A stretch of 64,000 bases of DNA from an uncultured Porphyromonadaceae bacterium. GTDB taxonomy: Bacteria > Bacteroidota > Bacteroidia > Bacteroidales > Muribaculaceae. Under the pieces are notes generated by a model that did not search any database, was not told where the DNA came from, and saw only the letters and a list, made by a program, of their open reading frames with translations. The stretch's first letter is position 1, and each line of letters opens with the position of its first letter. This document shows positions 41,653 through 48,979 of this stretch, piece by piece. The stretch covers positions 4,323 to 68,322 of the forward strand of contig CAMWNI010000005.1 of assembly GCA_947175545.1 (NCBI GenBank). Reading direction: 5' to 3'. The translations under genes were made by a program, and so were the position numbers.

Positions 41653-42451
41653 TCCGTTGACAATCGCCGCCCTGCCGCTTCAGATTGTGGCGGCTGACCG
41701 CCGGGCCAATCTTGACGCCGTCGAGCAGGCATTGGTGGCTCTCAGGCCAGGCACGGACCTTCTCGTGTTGCCGGAACTGTTCTCGACCGGCTTTGTGGCT
41801 GATCCGGAGACGGTCAGCAGACTTGCCGAGCCTGACAACGGCATGACACTCACACGGCTGCGCGAACTCGCGGCCCGTTTCCGTGTTGCGCTATGCGGCT
41901 CAATGCTCGGGTGCAATCCTGACCGGTCTGAATTTTACAACCGTGCGTTTTTTATCGAGCCTAACGGTGAGACAACTTACTGTAACAAGCGCCATCTTTT
42001 CTGCCTGAGTCCGGAAGCCAAGCTGATGACCTCCGGACGGGGCGGTTACGCCACAGTCCGCTTTCGTGGGTGGAGCATCGGTTTCGGCGTCTGCTATGAC
42101 CTTCGCTTTCCCGTCTGGTGCAGAAACCGGACGGTCCATGGTTCGCCGGCCTATGATGTTTTTGTGTTTGTCGCAAACTGGCCTGAAGTGCGCGGCTATG
42201 CGCTTGACATTCTGCTCAGGGCGCGCGCAATTGAGAATCAGGCCTACGTTGTCTGCGCTAACCGGTCCGGCTCTGATGACTATGGGTCATATGACGGACA
42301 AAGCTATCTGGATGACTTTATGGGGCGCATCGTGGCTCGTTCGGAGTCGGCAGAGGTAATCTACATGACGACTGACCGCCGGGCGCTCGAATTTGCGCGA
42401 CGCAGGCTTCCGGCGGCTAATGACGCTGACGAATTTACAATTAATTATTAA
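41642..42451 (+). CDS. Carbon-nitrogen hydrolase (nitrilase superfamily, YafV/omega-amidase-like)
   Basis: Glu-Lys-Cys triad contexts (LVLPELF, YCNKRHLF, GFGVCYDLRFP). 11-nt overlap with the upstream gene. Confidence 0.85.
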   Translation: MANNPLTIAALPLQIVAADRRANLDAVEQALVALRPGTDLLVLPELFSTGFVADPETVSRLAEPDNGMTLTRLRELAARFRVALCGSMLGCNPDRSEFYNRAFFIEPNGETTYCNKRHLFCLSPEAKLMTSGRGGYATVRFRGWSIGFGVCYDLRFPVWCRNRTVHGSPAYDVFVFVANWPEVRGYALDILLRARAIENQAYVVCANRSGSDDYGSYDGQSYLDDFMGRIVARSESAEVIYMTTDRRALEFARRRLPAANDADEFTINY

Positions 42452-42480
42452 CTGATAACATTATTTTTCCCTCCAAACCA

Positions 42481-43989
42481 GTGAAACTGAAAAATATCAT
42501 TGCAATTCTGCCGATAGCGGCTTTAGGTGCATGCACGTCGCCTAACCCGAATCCGTCGCCTGTTCCTCCGGATCCTATTGAGGTTCCCGGCGAGGGCTTC
42601 ACTCCGGATTACAGCACGACGTTCACGCCTTCTTATAATTACGACATCGTTCCTTATGGCGGTGAGGTTGCGGCCGACGCTCCGCAATATCCGGCCGCGG
42701 ACGACGGACTGAATCCGCAGCTGACACCGTGGAAATATATTGTAGACGTCAAATTTGACGGCTTGTCGACTCCCGACGTCAGAATGCAGACCGGATGTCC
42801 GGCAACGGTTTCGATTGCGGGATGTGACGTTGATCTGAATCTGGGTGACGCGGACTACATTAAAGTTGTTGTCCATGGCAGTTGTGACGCCGGTTCGCTC
42901 CGCATTTCGGGCAATCGTCGCCACATGCTTCAGCTGAACGATCTCCATCTGGCGTCCACAGATCGTCCGGCAATCAACGACCAGAACGGCAAGAGGGTGT
43001 TCCTGGAACTTGTCGGCCAGACAACTCTGGCTGACGGACGGGAGTATGCCGCCGTGCCTTCGGGTGAAGATCGCAAGGGATGTTTCTTTGCCGAGGGCAA
43101 CGTGGTTGTCTGCGGCGACGGCGTTCTTACGCTCCGGGGCAATTACAGCCACGGATTTGCGACTGACGGCTTCCTGTTTGTCAACTCCGGCGCCACGCTG
43201 GCTGTCACAGACGCCGTGCGCAACGCAATTCATGTCAAAGGCTCGTCCAGCGAGGCCAATGCGTTCCGCGGTGTAGAGATTGTCGGCGGCTATGTCTATG
43301 CCAACACTTCCGCTCCGCGCGGCAAGGCAATGAAATCCGACTCTAACATAGTTATTCGTGGCGGCGAGGTCAATCTCAATTGCTCCGGCGATGCGGCCAT
43401 TGACCCCGATGACGGCAGCCTCAGCTCAGCAGCCTGCATTAAGTCGGATCTGACGGTTCAGATTTCGGGCGGCGCGGTCAGCCTCACGGCTACGGGCAAC
43501 GGCGCCAAGGGCATCAAGGCTAATGGCTCAGTGACGCTTAGCGGTGGCGAACTCACAGTTGCACTCAGCGGCGACGCGATGCAGGGCGGGGGCGACTCGG
43601 CCACGCCAAAGGGTATCAAGGCTGACGGAAACATGATGATTAACGGCGGCGGTAACTATGTTTCGGCGCGCGGAATCGGGGGCGTCGGCATTGAAGCCGG
43701 CTTTAATCTCGAAATCAACGGAGGCGTGACTTACACGTTCGGCCCGGCGCAGGGAATCTGTTGTGGAGGCAAACCGGTCTATAATGGCACCGGTGTGCTG
43801 CTTGCGGGAGGTCTGCGTAACGCCAGGTTCCCCGGCATGCTCGAACAGACGCTGACCGACGTGCCGGCTCTGACGGTATCTTCAATAATGAGCGAGAACG
43901 GCAAGAAACTGCTTGGCTCGTTCCGCTGGCCCGTTGCGATGAAGAGCGCGAGCCTGATATTCCTTGAGCCGACCGCCACGGTCCAGTAA
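42481..43989 (+). CDS. Beta-helix lipoprotein, Cthe_2159-like carbohydrate-binding family (tentative)
   Basis: GTG start followed by lipobox (AALGACTS). Periodic GG....V....G.KGIKA.G.... repeats are typical of a parallel beta-helix. Confidence 0.55.
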   Translation: MKLKNIIAILPIAALGACTSPNPNPSPVPPDPIEVPGEGFTPDYSTTFTPSYNYDIVPYGGEVAADAPQYPAADDGLNPQLTPWKYIVDVKFDGLSTPDVRMQTGCPATVSIAGCDVDLNLGDADYIKVVVHGSCDAGSLRISGNRRHMLQLNDLHLASTDRPAINDQNGKRVFLELVGQTTLADGREYAAVPSGEDRKGCFFAEGNVVVCGDGVLTLRGNYSHGFATDGFLFVNSGATLAVTDAVRNAIHVKGSSSEANAFRGVEIVGGYVYANTSAPRGKAMKSDSNIVIRGGEVNLNCSGDAAIDPDDGSLSSAACIKSDLTVQISGGAVSLTATGNGAKGIKANGSVTLSGGELTVALSGDAMQGGGDSATPKGIKADGNMMINGGGNYVSARGIGGVGIEAGFNLEINGGVTYTFGPAQGICCGGKPVYNGTGVLLAGGLRNARFPGMLEQTLTDVPALTVSSIMSENGKKLLGSFRWPVAMKSASLIFLEPTATVQ

Positions 43990-44033
43990 CGTTTCTCCTG
44001 CCTGCCTTTCTCCCTATTTACGGAAAGCATTAG

Positions 44034-44088
44034 CAACGGCGGGATGCCATCCCTCGGAAAGAGGCTGGCATCTTGCCGTTGTTTTTTT
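44034..44088 (+). terminator. Intrinsic terminator
   Basis: CAACGGC..GATGCCA...TGGCATC..GCCGTTG stem followed by a T7 run. Confidence 0.75.
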
Positions 44089-44132
44089 ATGTGTAAGATT
44101 TGCAAATATTTGTCAGTTAATCGGATTTTACG

Positions 44133-44140
44133 TAACTTTG
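44133..44140 (+). promoter_or_regulatory. -7 box TAACTTTG (second box TAAATTTG at 44148-44155)
   Basis: Exact TAnnTTTG matches 50-65 nt upstream of the ATG at 44206. Confidence 0.5.
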
Positions 44141-44205
44141 CGGTCGATAAATTTGTCTGAACCACATTATTACGTTTTTTCAATCACTATAATTTTTTTG
44201 AGTTT

Positions 44206-45978
44206 ATGACTAAGCTTTTATTGCGTCCGCTGGCATTTGCCTGCTGCGGAGCGTCGCTTTTGTTGTCAGGATGTGTCGACGATAGTTTCGACCTGGACAA
44301 TATGGACGAGACCACGCAGATTAAAGTAAACAACCTGACGATTCCGCTCGAATTCAGTGAAGGAATCAAGTTTGACGATGTAGTTGACCTGGAGGGCGAG
44401 GAGCTTGTCGAGGTTGACAGCCGCGGACATTACGTGCTGCTCAAAAGCGGTGAATTCGAATCTGATCTGATTGAGATCAATGAAATCAACGCGATGCCGA
44501 ATGTAGCGACATTTGTGAGCGAACCGGTTAACATCAGCGGAGTGGCCGGCATGAAGATTCCGTTCAATGCCGAGGGCTATGCAAGGTTCGATTTTGCCTT
44601 CAGTCATAATGACGTTGATGCCTATATCCGCGACATCAGGAGCGCGGAAGTTGATTTTGACATCAATCTGAGCGTTTCAACAGGAATTGCCTGTGAGTTC
44701 ACGAATCTTTGTTTCCGTATGCCGGCAGGAATGACCGGTCATGTTGCGGGTAACTACGGCGACGTTTCGGAGGAAGGCTCGCTCATCACGTTCAGCCGCG
44801 TCAACGCACCCAACGGAGAGTTCTCTTTTGTATATCATGTTACGGCTCTTGACGTTCAAGCGGCCGGCGGCAGTTTTGTCGCGAAAGGGAACGGCGATAA
44901 GGGAACTTTCAGTCTCTCGAATTCGATTTCGCTGGTCAGCGGCGAAATCGAGGCCCTCGAAACGCGTTCCGGTGAACTTCAGGCATCGTTTAATCTTGGC
45001 TCAATTCGGGTGAATTCTATTTCCGGCGGTATACGCTACAAGGTTGATGACTTCAGCGAGTCGGCCAATCTTGACAATCTGCCGGACCTGTTGACCGACA
45101 AAAACACGCGTCTGGGTCTGTCCAATCCGCAACTTTACCTGCGGGTTCACAATCCGTTCGGCAAGTATGGCGCCAAGGCGTCGACCGATATTACCCTGAA
45201 GCAGCAACGCGCCGATGTTGCCGATTTCCTTCCGGAAAGTACACATTCGGTGACCACATCGAGTCCGGTTCAGGTTTCGACGGCCGAGACGCAGACTTTC
45301 CTCCTTGCGGTTTCGAAGCCAGACTATATCTATGAAAAGTATGCGGAGGCTGTGTGGGATGAGAAGTATGCGCTGCCGGGGCTGGGACATATCGTTTACG
45401 GCATCGGACTGCCTGACGGTCTTGACTTCGTGTTTGCCAACCCGTTGCTGGACAGCGACAATGTTGTCGGTTTCCCGATAGGCCAGCCGGTTGGACGTGT
45501 CCACGGCGATTATACCTTCTATGCTCCGCTTGATTTCAGCGCCGGTTCGCAGATTGTCTATTCGCAGGAACAGTCTGACTGGGGTCTGGAAAATTTGGCC
45601 GTCAATGGACTGGAAGTCGCTGCCGACGTGAACAGCAGCATCCCCGTTGAGATTCTTCTGACTGCGGTTCCGCTTGTCAAGACTGACAACGGAGACCTCG
45701 TTGAGGCTGACGGAGTGGAGATCAGCCCTGTCACGATTCCCGCGATGGCCTCAGGCACGTCAGTCAGCCTTAAAATGACCGGTGGCGAGATTTATAATCT
45801 TGACGGAATGCGCTATACGATAACCTTACTCTCGGCAAGTAAAGGCAACGAAGGCGCTCTCGGACCGGAAAACTCGCTTGACCTGAAGAACCTGAAGATA
45901 ACCGTCAGCGGTCATACGACCTCACTGAAGAAGATGATGACGAGGAATAATCGCAGGCAAACCAATCCAATCAAATAA
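44206..45978 (+). CDS. Lipoprotein of unknown family (590 aa)
   Basis: Lipobox LLLSGCVDD. Beta-rich composition. 14 nt upstream of the DUF5723-like gene. Confidence 0.6.
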   Translation: MTKLLLRPLAFACCGASLLLSGCVDDSFDLDNMDETTQIKVNNLTIPLEFSEGIKFDDVVDLEGEELVEVDSRGHYVLLKSGEFESDLIEINEINAMPNVATFVSEPVNISGVAGMKIPFNAEGYARFDFAFSHNDVDAYIRDIRSAEVDFDINLSVSTGIACEFTNLCFRMPAGMTGHVAGNYGDVSEEGSLITFSRVNAPNGEFSFVYHVTALDVQAAGGSFVAKGNGDKGTFSLSNSISLVSGEIEALETRSGELQASFNLGSIRVNSISGGIRYKVDDFSESANLDNLPDLLTDKNTRLGLSNPQLYLRVHNPFGKYGAKASTDITLKQQRADVADFLPESTHSVTTSSPVQVSTAETQTFLLAVSKPDYIYEKYAEAVWDEKYALPGLGHIVYGIGLPDGLDFVFANPLLDSDNVVGFPIGQPVGRVHGDYTFYAPLDFSAGSQIVYSQEQSDWGLENLAVNGLEVAADVNSSIPVEILLTAVPLVKTDNGDLVEADGVEISPVTIPAMASGTSVSLKMTGGEIYNLDGMRYTITLLSASKGNEGALGPENSLDLKNLKITVSGHTTSLKKMMTRNNRRQTNPIK

Positions 45979-45992
45979 GAATCACGACAACT

Positions 45993-47357
45993 ATGAGACT
46001 TCATATAATAAAGCGTATGGCTGCGGGAGCGATGGCTCTCAGCGCTCTGGCGGCAAGCGCCCAGAGCCGTTCAGCATATTTTCTTGACAATTACACATAT
46101 AATTTCCAGCATAACCCTGCCATGGCCATTGACCGTCGCGGCGATATCTCCTTTCCGCTTTTTGGCAATCTTAATGTCGGTACGAGCGCTAACGTCGGTC
46201 TAAAGACTTTCTTCTTCAAGGGGAGTGACGGCCGTCTGATGAACTTCATGAATCCGCAGGTCAATACCAATAAGTTCCTGAGCGGAATCAAGAATCATAA
46301 TCGCATCGGACTGGAGATGCGTGAACAGATTATGAGCGTTGGTTTCCGCGCGCTTGGAGGCTACAACCATATTAGCGTCGGCGTTGTCGGCGATGCACAG
46401 ATTCGGATGCCCAAGTCGATTTTCTCATTCCTGAAGGAGGGTATCAGCAACCGCACGTATGACATAGGACGCATTGACGCAAACGCCCATGCCTATACCG
46501 AAATAGCCCTTAATCATTCTCATTCGCTTGAAAACCTGTTGCCCGGACTGCGCGTCGGCGGCACATTCAAGTTTCTGATTGGTTTCGGTAACGTCGACAT
46601 CAATTTTGACAAGGCGGACCTTCGGCTGGGAAAAGACGAATGGAACGCCATTACCAACGGCACGATGCGTGTCAATATACCGGGCGTGCGTCTGCTCACC
46701 CATACTAATGACGAGGGCCGGGAATATGTCGACGATTTTGAGTATGATTCATTCAGCATTGGCGGATATGGCATGGCTGTTGACTTTGGTGCGACCTATC
46801 GGCTCAACAGCGACTGGGATTTCGCTCTCGCATTCAATGACATCGGTTTCATCAACTGGAAGTCGAACGTTGAAGCGACAACGAATGGTGACCGCATTGT
46901 CTCAACGCGGGACTATCCGCTGAATCCTTCCGAATTCGAAGATTCGTTTGACGATTTTACGAATGCAATTTCCGGCCTCTATCAGCTTGACGACAACGGT
47001 GACACCGGTTCACGCTGCCGCGCCATTGCCGGAACGATGAAAGCCTCGGCACGCTATTCGCTTCCGATGTATCGTCGGCTTTCCTTCGGCCTGCTGAACA
47101 CGACCCACATGCAGAAGCGCTTCGCATGGACTGAATTCCGTTTGAGTGCCAATCTCACACCCGTCGACTGGCTTGGTCTCGGCGTTAACTACGGCCTCGG
47201 CACCTTCGGATCCTCCTTCGGTTGGATACTGAACATCGCGCCCAAGGGATTCAACCTCTATGTCGGCATGGACCATACCATTGGCAAACTGTCCAAGCAG
47301 TATGTTCCTCTGAACCTGAACAGCCAGCTCAGCCTCGGTCTGAACTTCCCCTTCTGA
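45993..47357 (+). CDS. DUF5723-like outer-membrane beta-barrel protein
   Basis: Signal peptide ending ASAQS, then SAYFLDNYTYNFQHNPAMA. Alternating strands and a C-terminal LSLGLNFPF (terminal Phe). Confidence 0.6.
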   Translation: MRLHIIKRMAAGAMALSALAASAQSRSAYFLDNYTYNFQHNPAMAIDRRGDISFPLFGNLNVGTSANVGLKTFFFKGSDGRLMNFMNPQVNTNKFLSGIKNHNRIGLEMREQIMSVGFRALGGYNHISVGVVGDAQIRMPKSIFSFLKEGISNRTYDIGRIDANAHAYTEIALNHSHSLENLLPGLRVGGTFKFLIGFGNVDINFDKADLRLGKDEWNAITNGTMRVNIPGVRLLTHTNDEGREYVDDFEYDSFSIGGYGMAVDFGATYRLNSDWDFALAFNDIGFINWKSNVEATTNGDRIVSTRDYPLNPSEFEDSFDDFTNAISGLYQLDDNGDTGSRCRAIAGTMKASARYSLPMYRRLSFGLLNTTHMQKRFAWTEFRLSANLTPVDWLGLGVNYGLGTFGSSFGWILNIAPKGFNLYVGMDHTIGKLSKQYVPLNLNSQLSLGLNFPF

Positions 47358-47371
47358 TAATATTTCAGCAT

Positions 47372-47422
47372 AAACGCAGAGAGCTTTCGCTTTGTTTTGG
47401 CGAAAGCTCTCTGCGTTTTTTT
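47372..47422 (+). terminator. Strong intrinsic terminator
   Basis: 19-bp perfect stem AAACGCAGAGAGCTTTCGC / GCGAAAGCTCTCTGCGTTT followed by a T-run. Confidence 0.85.
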
Positions 47423-47528
47423 ATAACAGGGGAATCGGATTGATTATGAATGTTGAAGAACACAGGACTGTTGAAGCGTAAAAAAACACTTGAAATAAAT
47501 TTTATTTCCAAGATTGAATTAAAATTCG

Positions 47529-47536
47529 TATCTTTG
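47529..47536 (+). promoter_or_regulatory. -7 box TATCTTTG in a gene-free region
   Basis: Exact TAnnTTTG match. No plausible protein-coding ORF follows for about 370 nt. Confidence 0.45.
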
Positions 47537-47539
47537 CCG

Positions 47540-47868
47540 CTGCAAGACCGCAGGCGGAGTTTGATTATTGGACAATGCGTGCGGGGCTTGCGGAGACATT
47601 TTAATTTAGATTGCGTTTACTGAAACGCTCTTTCTTGACGTCTTGAAACTTCGCAACTTTCAAAATCGTAGTCAAGAATGTGGCAGACACAGTGGATGCC
47701 TGATGAATATGTACAAGAATACTGTTGCAGCGCGTAAGCGCTGTTACGGAAAACTATACATATTCTGCGTGAGGCCTCTGCGTTGTTTGCCCGTTCAACT
47801 ACGATGGGCAATGCGAAGGCCTCAAGGCGTGGAACGGGCAGCAAGTATGGTCGTCACGCATTTTTTTT
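47540..47868 (+). ncRNA. Candidate ~330-nt structured RNA or cis-regulatory leader (unclassified)
   Basis: Sits between the promoter box and the TGCGTGA/TCACGCA stem plus T8 (47766-47868). Includes a GNRA-capped helix CAGCGC-GTAA-GCGCTG (47728-43) and mutually exclusive helices TTGCCC/GGGCAA versus GCCCGTTC/GAACGGGC. Confidence 0.35.
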
Positions 47869-47907
47869 AAAAAGCCTGAATCCGGCGACATTCGGCTCTG
47901 ATTTAGT

Positions 47908-48354
47908 ATGCTAAACGCAATCTTTTTTTATCGTATTGAACGTTGGTTGTATCTCCATCACATTCCTGTCCTTCCTAAATTAATAGAGTTGTTGATTTTT
48001 CTGATGTATAATTCTAAAGTACCGTATCAGGCCGTTATCGGTGCAGGTACAAAATTAGGTTATGGCGGAATGGGAGTAGTGATTCACTGTAAGTCAATAA
48101 TAGGGAGCAAATGTATAATTGCGCAGCAGGTCACCATTGGAGGCGGAAACAGTCGTTATCCCGGTGTGCCGGTTATAGGAGATAATGTGTACATTGCGAA
48201 GGGTGCAATTGTCTTTGGAGGCATAAGCATAGGAAACAATGTGGTTATTGGCGCGAATGCCGTTGTTAATAAACCAATTCCTGATAATGCAATTGTTGCC
48301 GGAATCCCTGCAAAAGTCATTAGGATAAAAGATGATGCGGTTACGGGTAAGTGA
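47908..48354 (+). CDS. Short-form serine O-acetyltransferase-like hexapeptide-repeat acyltransferase
   Basis: 148-aa left-handed beta-helix (IG.....IG repeats; C-terminal GIPAKVI). Lacks the N-terminal helical domain of CysE. Markedly AT-rich. Confidence 0.75.
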   Translation: MLNAIFFYRIERWLYLHHIPVLPKLIELLIFLMYNSKVPYQAVIGAGTKLGYGGMGVVIHCKSIIGSKCIIAQQVTIGGGNSRYPGVPVIGDNVYIAKGAIVFGGISIGNNVVIGANAVVNKPIPDNAIVAGIPAKVIRIKDDAVTGK

Positions 48355-48428
48355 TGATATATAACGGTGATAAACTGTTAAAAGATGTGAATTTTTGGGG
48401 CGGGTTTTTAAATTTGGTGAAAATTTCG

Positions 48429-48436
48429 TAACTTTG
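48429..48436 (+). promoter_or_regulatory. -7 box TAACTTTG for rimP-nusA-infB
   Basis: Exact TAnnTTTG match, 55 nt upstream of the rimP ATG. Confidence 0.5.
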
Positions 48437-48491
48437 CAGCATCAGCAACGGAGGGGGCTACGGCTTCTTCCTTAATTTTTATAATAAACCG

Positions 48492-48959
48492 ATGATTGAT
48501 AAAGCGTTGATTGAACAGACTGTCGCCGAAGCCCTCCGCGGAACGGATATGTTTCCGGTGGAAATCAGCGTCAGCGCCGACAATAGAATAGTCGTTGAGG
48601 TTGACTCAATGACGGCCGTAGATATAGACTCATGTGTGGCGCTGAACCGCGCAATTGAGCAGGTTCTGAACCGCGATGAGGAGGATTTTGAACTTGAAGT
48701 CGGTTCTGCGGGACTTACGTCGCCTTTTAAAGTAAAGGGTCAGTTCGACAAGAATATCGGCAACGAGGTTGAGGTGCTTACCCGCGACGGACGAAAGTTT
48801 ACCGGCACCCTGGTGGAGGCCACTGACGAGGGCTTCACCGTTGAAGTTGCCCGCAAGGTCAAGCCCGAAGGCGCCAAGCGTCCGGTCATTGAGATGCAGC
48901 CGGAAACCCTCGGCTATGGCGACGCCAAGACAGTGAAATATGTAATAAACTTTAAATAA
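48492..48959 (+). CDS. rimP: Ribosome maturation factor RimP
   Basis: 155 aa with a RimP-type N-terminus and LEVGSAGL motif. Canonical position upstream of nusA. Confidence 0.85.
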   Translation: MIDKALIEQTVAEALRGTDMFPVEISVSADNRIVVEVDSMTAVDIDSCVALNRAIEQVLNRDEEDFELEVGSAGLTSPFKVKGQFDKNIGNEVEVLTRDGRKFTGTLVEATDEGFTVEVARKVKPEGAKRPVIEMQPETLGYGDAKTVKYVINFK

Positions 48960-48979
48960 AGAAATTTAGACACCGAAAA

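Noticed and set aside
47540-47868. Possibility that the structured region is RNase P RNA, tmRNA or 6S RNA.
   Set aside because: It has no GGAAAGUCC or ACAGAA..CCGGCUUA-type RNase P motifs. It has no tRNA-like GGGG...CCACCA ends or tag ORF for tmRNA. It has no long end-to-end helix with a central bubble for 6S RNA. Only vague local resemblances exist, so it is left unclassified.
47617-47870. 75-aa ORFs on both strands (47643-47870 plus, 47617-47844 minus).
   Set aside because: The plus-strand ORF needs a TTG start and is Arg/Cys-rich with no protein-like features. Both ORFs coincide with strongly base-paired sequence that ends in a terminator.
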